Source: Octopus vulgaris (Eukaryota). From it: a stretch of DNA of 64,000 nucleotides. Both the position numbers and the translations under genes were made by a program. Shown in pieces: positions 28,250-39,384 of this stretch (position 1 is its first letter; the number at the start of each line of letters is the position of its first letter). The DNA is taken from the NCBI GenBank assembly GCA_951406725.2, contig OX597827.1:248001-312000 (forward strand). The letters are read 5' to 3'. The notes beneath the pieces were generated by a model. The model was not told where the DNA came from. It did not search any database and saw only the letters and a list, made by a program, of their open reading frames with translations.

Positions 28250-29310
28250 AAGAAAGAAAACAGGAAACTGTTTGGTATTTGTGTGTATTCTCCTTCAATA
28301 GCTGCCCTCAATTTGGTGACTGTTGCCTGTTTTTATCATAAATTTTATCCTTTAAATCTTCCCATAAAAAAAGTCTAGTGGTATTAGGTCTGCTGAACAC
28401 AGTGGGTATTCTACTGAAACTCCTTATCCAATGCAACCCTTTTACAAAAATCTCATCATTGGAGGCCTTTATATTGCTATAGTGGTGTAGGGATGCTCCA
28501 TCTTGCTGGAAATAAAACATCACATCTTCAAAGTCCTCTCAAATGCTTGGAACGACAGATTGTTGCTGCAAGTTCAAGTAAATGGGTTCTGTTATAATAC
28601 TTTCAAAAAAGAATGGTCCAATTAATCCTTTTGATGCTAAGCCACACTATACAGTAACTCCTGGTATATTAACCTGGTGTTCCTCTGTAATATATGGATT
28701 CTTAGGTCCCCAGTAGGTGCGACTGGGGCAGTTAATTGTGCGATTTAATTTCAATGTAGCTTCATCACTCCAAGCAATCTTTGTTGGAAAGTGTGCATCT
28801 TTGACACATCTTGCCAAGTACACTTGCAAAACTCCCATTCTTTACTCCAGATCATCTTCATTGAGAGCAAAGACTATTCTTGAAATGTAATTTTTCCCAC
28901 GACAGGGCTTCAAAATGCGATGGACACTTGATTTTAAAATTCCTATCTTGTGACTCGTTTGCTGCACAGATTTTCTTGAACACTAACAATATGTTTCTAG
29001 TACCTGCTCTTGTTTTATGGGGCTTTTAGATGTTTGTGATTTCCAGAACATTTCTTGCAGACATTCTGGACAATTCAGTCTGCTTCAAACTTATCTTTAA
29101 TTCAAGTGATGGCAAGTCATGTAGGTGGATCTATTTAAAACTCCCTCTTAAACTTCCTTTATACATTAACTGCAGTTTCAAATTTCCAATAGCACTTAGG
29201 ATAAATTTCCCCTATTCTAAGCTTAGTCTGGCTCCTTTCATTATTTCTAATGGATTAAATTGAAAAAGAAATGAAAATAACATTACCAGCTGTTAAAGTG
29301 TGTATACATG
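28250..29310 (-). mobile_element. Degenerate Tc1/mariner-superfamily transposon (maT/DD37D-like)
   Basis: Fragments [45 protein letters not shown]. Confidence 0.7.
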
Positions 29311-29478
29311 GTTATAGATGATGATGATATATATTATGAAGGATTTTTGTCTAATGACGTAATATAAAAGGTATGTATTGTAAGTGCTTGGTTTGGTTTA
29401 CCACTAAGGCTTTGGTTTGAACTTCAACAGAAAACAAGTTGGTGCTGAGGCTGCCTAGAAGTGGTTTATTGTGGAGTG

Positions 29479-29509
<31 letters not shown>

Positions 29510-29513
<4 letters not shown>

Positions 29514-30380
29514 TAGAAATGAAGAACAGACAAGCAAAACTTGTGGTATTACTTTACCGCCTTTAATTTATAATTTAAACATAGATTAGTTATAGTAAAT
29601 AGGTAAAGTCTCTTACAACTGTTTCTAGAATAGCTAAGCATGTACAGCATGCGTTATTGAGCAAATATTCCCACATGAGCTAAGTAGTTTGTCATCAGAG
29701 AGAGAGAAATAACTAAGGAATATCCTTATACAAGTATATTAGTAGTTACCAGTTCATTAAATAACTAAGGATTGTCCAAAGAAATATATTAGTTCCATGG
29801 TGGAAAAATTAATGAAATCTTTAGTAAACAATGATATCCATTACTAGTTTCATTGTTGAAGTATCAAGGAAAATCTTAGGTGTAAGACGATAGAAGTTAC
29901 CAGTTCCATCAACCCTCATGCACTTCTCTTTCCTTCACACTATCTTGTACTCTTTGAGTACAAGACTCATATCTACCTCATTTTCTCTTCAATGATGGAA
30001 ATAGTTCCTTGGATTTTCCTTAATACTTCAACAATGGAACTACTAACAGATATTTTTGTTTACTAAGGAATTCATTAATTCTTTGACCATGAAACTAACA
30101 ACCAGTATTATATTTCTTCTGTGGACACTCCTTAGTTATTCAGCAAACTGGTAACTATTAGTATCCTTGTTTAAGGATATTCTTAATTTCTCTCTTTCCA
30201 ATGATGGAATACTTAGTTTACTTGGAAATCCTTGTGCAATAACACATACTTAGCTATTCTAGAAACAGCTGTAAGAGATTTTACCTATTAACTATAACTA
30301 CTCTAATCTATGTTTAAATTATAGATTAAAGGCTCTAAAGTGATACCACATCTTTTACTTGTCCTCTATTTCTTATACAT
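29510..30380. repeat. Diverged inverted repeat (~370-bp arms, ~120-bp spacer), each arm with a hammerhead-like motif; PLE pLTR-like
   Basis: Example: TCTCTTACAACTGTTTCTAGAATAGCTAAG (29609) versus CTTAGCTATTCTAGAAACAGCTGTAAGAGA (30249). TA tracts on both flanks. Confidence 0.85.
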
Positions 30381-30399
30381 ATGTGTGTGAGATATATAT

Positions 30400-30442
<43 letters not shown>

Positions 30443-31049
30443 TGTTGACATCGTAGAAATTTTATAAACTTTCAGGAGCTTGTGAAATAATTCTTTTTTG
30501 GATTATTATATTTTGAAGTATATACATAAAGCTATAAATTATAGCATGTAAATCTTGGGTAGAAAACCCCTTTTGGATTAAAAATATGTGTGTGTATTTG
30601 TATATATATATATGTTTGTGTAAATACACACACACATCTGTCTTTGTTCACGAACACACACATGCCCTATTCTTGCATATCTTATAGTGTGGATCAATAA
30701 GTTGTTTCATTTATTTATGCATTCTAAAATCCTCACTTTCAAATACCAAAGAATTTACTTGTAGGACATCAAAGTCTTGTCATTAGTATTGTCTTTAGAA
30801 GGATAATAGGTTGTTGTGCATTTGAAAGGAAATATTCTTAGTTAAGGTAGATGACTGGTGGAATTCTTCGAGCTTTGGAAAAACAATGCTTTGCAGTATG
30901 TGTTCTGACTCTTAACATTCAGAGTTCAAATCCTATTCAGTCAATTTCACCTTTCATTCTTTTGCAGTTGATAAAACAAAGTGCCAGTCAAGTATCGACT
31001 GCAAAAGGGGGTTGGTGTAATCCATTGATCCCTTCTCCTCTTAAATGTG

Positions 31050-31295
31050 AAGGCATGTGGCTTAGTGGTTAAGGTGTTGAACTCATGATCGTAAGATTGT
31101 AGTTTTGATTCCTGGATCGGGTGATATGTTGAGCAAAATACTTTTCATGCTCCAGTCCACTCAGCTGGCAAAAATGAGTAATCCTGCAATGGACTAGCAT
31201 CCTATCCATGTGGGAAATTCATATGCCATGAAACCAGGAAACCGGACTTTATGAGTTGGCAATGACTTGAGAAGGTAACTTTTCCTTTACCTTTT
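31050..31295 (+). mobile_element. tRNA-derived SINE family B
   Basis: GGCATGTGGCTTAGTGGTTAAGGTG A-box head and CCAGTCCACTCAGCTGG core. Relatives at 62060-62220 (+) and ~18315-18505 (-). Confidence 0.65.
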
Positions 31296-32018
31296 ATGCC
31301 CTCACCTTTACAAATTTGTGACTGTTTGTACTAATGTAAGAAACCACTCATTTTGTAATCATTATAAAAGTACAAACGATGCCATGAAATTAAGGTAGTT
31401 GACTACCCATATATGATGGAACCCTGAACAAATAATTAAGAAGAGCAGTTAACTGGTCTTGAGTTGTTAGCATGCCAGACAAAATGCATTGTGGCATTTC
31501 TTGCAGCTTAATTCCACTGAGGTCGATTTTTGCCTTTCATCCTTTCGGTGGTCAAAAAAATAAAGTACCACTTGAGCACTGGGGTGATGTAATTAACTAG
31601 GCCCCTACCCCAATATTTCAGGCATTCTGCCTGTTGTAGAAAGGATTATTTTATTATTACAGATCCTTTTGTTTTGGGATTTCATACTCTAATGGTGGTG
31701 GAATGAGGCTCATTCTTTTCCTTTTGTCATCAATAACATTAGTGCAGTAGGATGCTTAGGTTTAATGAACGAATTTGTTCTGTACTAATCTTTGACCATG
31801 TATCAGTGTTAGGATGAAATCTAGTATCAACTAAATCCAAAATCAGTACCAGTCATGAACTAGTGTCATTTTGATCAACTATGCCTTCACCTTTACAAAT
31901 TTACGACTGTATTAGTATAAGAAACCACTCATTTTGTAATCATTTTAAAAGTACAAACGATGCCATGAAATTAAAGGTACTTGACTACCCATATATGATT
32001 GAACCCTGAACAAATAAT
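31295..32018. repeat. ~140-bp direct repeat (31295-31437 and 31880-32018)
   Basis: Both copies contain AAGAAACCACTCATTTTGTAATCATT.TAAAAGTACAAACGATGCCATGAAATTAA..TTGACTACCCATATATGAT.GAACCCTGAACAAATAAT. Confidence 0.9.
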
Positions 32019-32794
32019 GATTTGCCTGGCTGGCACAAGGTTTCAGTTTTCATTTCTAATCCACAATTGAATGACCTATTAAAAATGCTCTATTTGATTT
32101 CCTATGTTAACAAACACCATTTAGAAAAGGTATGAATGTTATTAATTCTTATTACACCCACCTCACTACACAAAGGTTTTTGAGTAAAAAATCAAGAGTC
32201 ATCTATCAGTCACCTGTCTTCTCTCTAAATTTGCTGTATCATTTGAGTGGAACTTTTGTTGCTTTGAATGACAAATATTTTATATCCAAAGCTAGTGTGT
32301 GGTGGTATGGTATTCAAACTTTTCTACTACATCCAAACTTTCATATCAAGCACAGATTTGTAAATAAAAATGGGTGGCAACATTCTGATGCATGTGGCAT
32401 CAACATGGTGACTGCACAGTCTCACAACTTAGAGGGAATCTTAATTGTCACTATCAGTACTTGCACCATGACCATCAACATTATTCTTCAGTATACCTTA
32501 CCAAAGAATTTTTTTTTTTTTGTTCAAATGTTTCACTTTAACTCTGCTGAAAGACTTATTTATTCAATTATTTATTATTATATGAATTTTTTTGTCTCCT
32601 TGAAAACCTTATAAACAACATCTGTAATCTATATACATTTTTTTTTATTTCTTTAAGTTTCTAAACCTACTGAAATATTCCAGTGTATTGATTGACATTT
32701 TTTGTTTCAACAAATAAAGTTTGTAAAGGTACTTAAAAAGATATGAATACCAATGTTTGTTTATTGTTTTTCCATGTTTGGTGGCTTCATTGTT

Positions 32795-33930
32795 ATTTGG
32801 TCATCCCAAAAGTAATGTCCAAATTTTTGGTAAGAAAAAGTGATCTAATTTTACATTTTATTAAATATTAACCCTGTATATAATTCCCATCATTATCAAT
32901 GACCTCTTTCCATTTACTCATCAGTTTTTTAATTACATTGGTAAAAAAATTCTTTTGGTTTTGATGAGAAGGAAGAGAGGATGAAGACTATTTCATCTAA
33001 ATGATTGTGTAAGCTTCAAAATAGATGGTAATCAGAAAGACCCAGGTCCAAGGAATAAGGCAGGTAAAGAATTTTTTTCTGATGTAATCTTTGCAGTGTG
33101 AGGCCTTGCATTATCATGATGAAACACCACTCCCTTATGAGTCACCAAAGCAGGCCTTTTTTCTTCAAAGCAGCATCCAAACGCTCTAATTGTTGGCAAT
33201 AGGTGTGAGCAGTAATTGTTGCATTAGTTGATAGCAGCTCAAAGTGGATGACTCCAATGCAATCCCACTAAATAGAACCTTTTTTGCATGGAGGTTCTTT
33301 TTGGGTTGTGGTTTAGCCTGTTCTTCATTGCCTGCATTACCAGTCACTAATCTGTCCAAAAATGGTGAGATACAATCACGAGAGCAAAGAGATGAGCAGA
33401 TGTCCACTCATGATTTTCGGTTGGCTTCTATCAAATCATGGAGAGCCCATTTTCTGAGTTTGGGCACCTTTCCAAGGTGTTGAAGATAGTGGTGAACAGT
33501 TGAATGACTTGAATTAAGTTTGTTTGCCAATTCTTCAAATTATACAGCATTATCCTTCTCAAGCTCTGACAAAAGAAGCTCATCCTCAAATTCAACAGAA
33601 CATCCTATTCATTTTTGAACATCGAAAACCATCGTCTGCAAGTTTTTCATTCAAGCACTCTTCCCCATAAACAGAATGGATTTTGGGGGTTGCTTCTGCT
33701 GCACTGTTTGCCTTTTTGATCTCATAAAGCATCATGTACCTTCAATGTTCCTTCGCTATGTCAGTTTTTGAGTAATTAATTCAGTCAGATTATTCTGTAA
33801 AAATAAATTATATTAAATTAAAGGTTTCCAAGTTCGTATGTGTATCAATCAATACTGTTTGACATTTTAGAGTGATGTAAAAACTTGATGGAAATTACAT
33901 ATATTTCGAACATTGTTTATGAGATGACCT
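32795..33930 (-). mobile_element. Degenerate mariner transposon
   Basis: FLDRLVTG, KKNLHAKKVL, HHDNARPH-like remnants; imperfect TIRs GGTCATCCCAAAAGTAATGTCCAAAT and ATTTCGAACATTGTTTATGAGATGACC. Confidence 0.7.
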
Positions 33931-33934
33931 GTGC

Positions 33935-36360
33935 AACCATGCTGGAGCAGTCTTGAAGGGTTTACTCAAACAAATTAACCCAGAATTTTTTAAAGCCTAG
34001 TACTTATTCTGTCAGTCTCTTTTGTTCAACCAAGTTATGGGGAGGTAAACAAACCAACACCAGTTGTCAAGCAATGGGGGAACACAAACACAGACATACA
34101 TGTGTATATACATATATATACGTGTGTGTGATGGGCTTTTACATAGTTTCTGTCTACAAAATTTACTCACTAAGTTTTGACTGGCCTAGGGCTGCAGTAG
34201 AAGACACTTTCCCAAGGTGCCACACAGTAGGATTGAACCTGAAAGCACATGGTTGTAAAGAGCAAATTGAATACAACATTACCAGAAACTGTTGTAAATA
34301 ACTGGACACAAAGTTTACTTGGTAATTTGAATCTTCAATGGTTTATAAATGGCTAACAGACATAATATAGTCTTGTCAATTTAACAACAACTAGGTTCAA
34401 GTCAGTGTGGGAATCTCAAAGTGAGAGGCTCCTAACCTAGAATACAAAATAAGGATTTCAGGGGTTGTAAGAAAGAGAAGTATATTATTATCATCATCAT
34501 CATTTAATGACCACTGCCATGCTTGCATGGATCAAATGGAATTTGTTGAGGCAAATTTTCTCTGGCCAGATGACCTTCCTGCCACCATCCCTTCCCTGCT
34601 TCCAAGCAAGGGAATATTTCCCCACAGTCAGACATGTTCATGAAAGACTGGAAATGAACAATACTGCTTGTATGATGGTGATGCATGTTTACAACTATCA
34701 CATGAAGCACACACATTTTATTAAAACCAAATAACTATTCTACTAAGTATACTAAGAACATTATTATTTTATTTATCTTCTAACTTATATTTGTTTCGGT
34801 CATTAGACTGTGGCACCATCTTGAACATTTAGTTGAATGAATCAGCCCCAGGACTTTTTGCTTCTTTTTCTTTACATTTGGTACTTATTTTATTGGTCTC
34901 TTTGCCAAAATTGCTAAGTTACAGTGATACAAACACTCCAACACTGGTTGTCAAGGAATGGGGTGGAAGTGGGGGGCAGACACTGCCACAAAGACATGCA
35001 CACACACACACACACATATGACAGGCGTCTTTCAATTGTTGTCTATTAAATCCACTCAGAAGGCTTTAGTTGGCCCAAAGCTATAATAGTATAGTTGACT
35101 GAATCCAAAACCATGTGGTTGGGAAGCAAGCTTCTGTGTCCTCGTTCCATGTGCAACAACATGTTTGTGTGAAACTAGATTCAGTTCTCTGGATTTGTCA
35201 GTTAAGATAGAATTTCAGAATCACCTGAATTCACTGACAGACTTGCATTTCTTGATCATCAGGAAAGTTCTACGATTTGATAAAATCATAAATGAGAAGC
35301 ATCCAAATTAGTTTTGTGGAAGCCACTTCTTGGTGATGTAAGAAGAGTAAAACGTCATCACACTTACATCAACAACTTGATTGCTGACACTGGCCTAAAA
35401 TGTATCCAGGACCTTGAGGTAGTAATGTTGGACTGAGAAGTGTTTTCGGTGGACTTTGTTGCTGTGGAACCCAGCCATAAAATAGAATTAATGAGAAGCA
35501 AGAACAAAGTCATTGCATTTGCTTACAATTTTTGATTGATTTCATGGTTTACAATGCTTTCAAGTTGTGCAGTTTGCCTGTTTATTACTGAAAAGCTAGA
35601 ATTATACATATATACATATGGTAATTCTTTCACATGGCCCAGTCCTTGTTGTGGTGTGGAGGTCCTTGTTGTATCTCATTGGCCAGCAGAGCACAAGCTC
35701 CTTGTGTGGTCTCCCATGCTGGACAGGTCAAAAGATAGAGGCCAAACTGATATGGACCACCTCTTTCTAGAGGTAAAAATTGGTTTGCATAGCACCTCTA
35801 CCTAGAAAAATAAGCAAAGTTACAGAAGCATCGATGACAATTCAAAACCAACAAGACCTGTAAAAGGAAGGCCTTCCTTCAGGGAAACAGAGTCAGGGTA
35901 CTGAGGCAAAGCTGAAAAAGCAGGGATCCCAGAGCAAGGAGAGAAGCAGAAAAGACATTCCACAGTTGAGAATAGTAGAGAAAAGTTGTGGATGGTCTAT
36001 GTTCCACAGGGAATAAAGGTCTTAAGTCAGTAAAATCTGGTATCAACCGTGTGTTTCTTTGCTTTTATCAGTTCATATATTAAAGCAATGACATAACTTA
36101 CATGGACGTTACAAATATATGAATTTTCTCATATTTTTATCTTTTATCTCTTATCTATTAGTCATTAAACTGTGGCTACGTTGGCACAACACTTTGATGG
36201 GGTTTTAATCAAATGACCCCAGTGCCTTTTTCTAAGCTTGGTTCTTATTCTATCAGTCTTTATATTTTTGCCAGACTGCTAAGTTACAGGGGTGTAAACA
36301 AACCAATACTGGTTGTCAAGTGGTGGTGAGGGACAAACACAGACACAAAGACACTCACGC
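33935..36360 (-). mobile_element. Cluster of degenerate SINE-A copies (~33935-34260, 34500-34710, 34790-35135, 36140-36360)
   Basis: Recurring TACTTATTCT.TCAGTCT..GCTAAGTTAC.GGG..AAAC.AACC..CTGGTTGTCAAG, the reverse complement of the 55-430 copy. Confidence 0.55.
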
Positions 36361-36375
36361 ACACATGTCGCGTGT

Positions 36376-36556
36376 GTACCGTTGGCGATTTTTTTTCCTC
36401 CATCTTCCCTTCTCTGGATCTTTCCTTTTCCTATGTTTCTGACGAAGAGCTCCGCTTGAAACATTAAACCCTCCTTCCCTTCCTTCCTGAATGTCCAATA
36501 ATTCTATATTTGTTCCATGTCCTCGCGTTGTTGTGTTTTCATGTTTGGATTAACTT
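36376..36556 (+). mobile_element. Short PLE pLTR-like element with minimal hammerhead (36435-36469)
   Basis: GTTT-CTGACGA-A-GAGC[TCC]GCTT-GAAACATT-AAAC; same layout as the 26576 motif; ends in (TA)n. Confidence 0.6.
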
Positions 36557-36876
36557 TATATATATATATAAAGATGAAAATGTGTCTGTCTGTGTGAATC
36601 CCTAAAACTTGAGAACTCCACAACCAATTTCATTCAAATTTTACACATGCCTTACTTAGGGTCCATGCAGTGCCATAGGCCAAAACAATTTTTAACTTCT
36701 TGCCAAGTGTGAGCCCAGAGCAATATCATATCTTCTCCACTATTTCAGTATTACGTGTCAAAAGTGAAACAATAACATCTCTCTATTGATATTTTCACTT
36801 TAATACTGAAACTCTTAAAGTGAAACTATTATCTCTCACATATACAGGCATACATATATATAATATATATATATTA

Positions 36877-36907
<31 letters not shown>

Positions 36908-37489
36908 GTATATCATCATCATCATTTAATTGTAATCTACACCATCTAAAGGTATTTGTAGAAAATTCTATTAAAAAATACCCAATTTTCTGAAAGTCAT
37001 GAGGAAATAAAGTCAATTCACACGAATTATCAAAAACTCATCTTCCCAGCAAGTGAAAAAGAAGTTTTCACAAATTTCGATATAATTGTAATCTATACCA
37101 CCTAAAATGTATTTGGAGAAGATTTCATTATCTCTGTTGGAATAAGTAAACCAAAAAAATACAAAAAACAAAATTACAAATCAATTATTAAACCAAACAA
37201 AAGCAAAAATAAATCATTAAAAAGTATCGATTTGTCACAAAGTTATGAGGAAACAAAGTTGGGAGAGCAACACCTGTGTAGATATGCTTATTTGTGTGTA
37301 CTTGGCTTCAACAAAGGTCTTTGGAACGAACTTGAGATGAGGATCAGATCATAAAAGACAAACAAAAAACATGTTAAAAAGATCAAAAATAAAAATAGAC
37401 AGTCGAGAGTGAATACAAAGGGAGTTAATTTGGAAGTTATCTTCCCTTGTCCAATCTGGCTTTGTCTCATTTTTTTCAAGAAGAGAAAA

Positions 37490-37629
37490 CAAAACTCTCG
37501 GCGAAAAACTAATTTCACTTTTGGTTTTTATCAATGTCTGTGTTTGGGTGACTCTGTAATGCATTCGGAACGGATCGATATATTGCATAAATAATTCTGC
37601 GAGTAAAAGAAAACTTGGTACAGGTAAGT
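37490..37629 (+). promoter_or_regulatory. Candidate non-coding first exon with splice donor for the downstream zinc-finger gene
   Basis: Locally CpG-richer unique sequence ending in a consensus donor CAG|GTAAGT at 37623/37624; candidate acceptor at 40985. Confidence 0.35.
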
Positions 37630-38321
37630 TCCTCACAGTTTTTGCTTTTCTTCAACTTTGAAGATCTTTTATTTTTGTTTCTCACCAAAATTCGGAATCG
37701 GTTTCAGTTTTTGGTTGAAATCTTTTGAGTTGATTTTCACTTTCACGTTTGTTACGTTTCGTTGTTGACATTAAGAAGAAATGCCATGAATGCCACAACA
37801 TGCATTCCTTGTGAATTCTGTCCATTTTCCAAATACAAGTCGCAAACTGATCCTTTTAGATTCAGGTTCCTGCAAAACAAAATATCAACCAACTCCAACG
37901 AAAGAGACTCTAAATGCTGTCCCAGTTTGCTAGAAACAACGGTCAAATTCCCCAAGTCGCACCTTTAAGTAGGAAACGTGACAGGATAATGTAGTCTAGA
38001 AAAAATGGATTGGTTGGTCATGGCTAGAACGCCTTTAATAATGTCTGTTCAATCAGAGCCGGGCTTTGATTGATGCGAGATTTAGTGTCCTTTGCAGTGA
38101 TTTCATTTGTTTTCTTTTTTTTTACTTTTGTATTTTGAAAAAAAGAATGAACGTCACAACTCATCTCTTTCGTCCTTATAAAATATATTCGGTCTTGTGT
38201 CGGAGAAAGCAATCCTAGCTGAAAGAAATACCTTCATTTTAAGATATTTTAACATTGTTTGTCTTTAGATTAAAACATTGCTTTATTTCTTAATTATCTG
38301 GAAAATGATAATTAATACGTC

Positions 38322-38565
38322 AGGGATGGCCATGTGGTTAAGGACCTCGATTTGCAGCCACGTAGGTTTGGATTCTGTCCCACTGTGGGGCATCTTGGGC
38401 AACTGACTTCTAAAATAGGCCCGTGTCGACCAAGTCGGTCGTGTTTGTGTTTATGTCACTATTTGACAACCGGTGTCGTTTGTTTACGTCCCTGCAACTT
38501 AGTGGTTCAGCAAAAGAGACCAATAGAATAAGTACCAGACTTCAATGAAAACTAGGGTCGATTTG
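38322..38565 (+). mobile_element. SINE family A, interrupted at its 3' end by a MITE
   Basis: TGGCCATGTGGTTAAG..GTCCCACTG..CTTAGTGGTTCAGCAAAAGAGACCAATAGAATAAGTACCAG. Confidence 0.6.
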
Positions 38566-39094
38566 GGTAAATTTCTATATTAACACCCGCACGATTTTCA
38601 CTAAGAAAAAAAAAAATAACTCGGAGTTTTTGCGTGTAATCAAGTACACTGACCTCCTAATATGCTGCAAATCTCTTATTTTGGTTCGGAAGAAGGTGGG
38701 GGAGGAAGGTGAGCCCCCCCCCCCATCCCGGAATCATTGGAAACTTTTTATTTTTTGTCGTTGAATGAATTCCTGGGGTCCGAAAAGCCGGGTAGGGTGA
38801 GGTAGAAGTCTAAGAAATTTCACCCCAACCCTCATTAATCTTTTCACCCGCACGATTTTCACTAAGGAAAAAAATAATAATAAAAATCGCGCCCAAACTA
38901 ATTTGTGTGTGTGGGGGCGGAGGAGAAAGATGAATGATTTAAAATAAATAAATAAGCATTATTTACATTCAACGGATATTTGTATTTGTCCTCATCTTGT
39001 TGACGCAACGTTTCGCCTGATATACCCTCCAGCCTTCATCAGGTGTCTTGAGGTAATTTCGAACCTGGGTTCTCATTCCTAAGGTATTTTTCGA

Positions 39095-39125
<31 letters not shown>

Positions 39126-39384
39126 GTTCAGGTCACTGCTTGGAATCGAACTCGGAATCTTGGGGTTAGTAGCCTGCGCTCATAACCACTACGCCATATG
39201 CCCTCAAACGAGATGAGGACAAATATCCGTTGAATGTAAATAATGCACATAATTCCTCATCTCTTAAACATAGAACTGAAATAAATAAGCAATTAAAAAT
39301 AAATATATCTTAATTGTTGTGTCAGAAAGGATATATATATTCTTCTTAGTGAAAATCGTGCAGGTATTAATATACAAATTTACC
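38566..39384. mobile_element. MITE with ~42-bp TIRs
   Basis: GGTAAATTTCTATATTAACACCCGCACGATTTTCACTAAGAA versus TTCTTAGTGAAAATCGTGCAGGTATTAATATACAAATTTACC; TTG on both flanks; extra internal TIR copy at ~38845. Confidence 0.8.
38959..39278 (-). mobile_element. tRNA-headed SINE with hammerhead-bearing tail, inverted terminal duplication and 13-bp TSD
   Basis: Head 39203-39128 with A box TGGCGTAGTGG and B box GTTCGATTCC; HHR 39047-39002; TSD AAATAAATAAGCA at 38946-38958 and 39279-39291. Confidence 0.8.

Noticed and set aside
36560-36840. Helitron-like 5' end after the TA tract
   Set aside because: Only a general resemblance; no 3' hairpin or CTRR terminus located.
39128-39203. Functional tRNA gene
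   Set aside because: A and B boxes are present but the acceptor stem is poor, and it lies inside a TSD-flanked insertion; interpreted as a SINE head.
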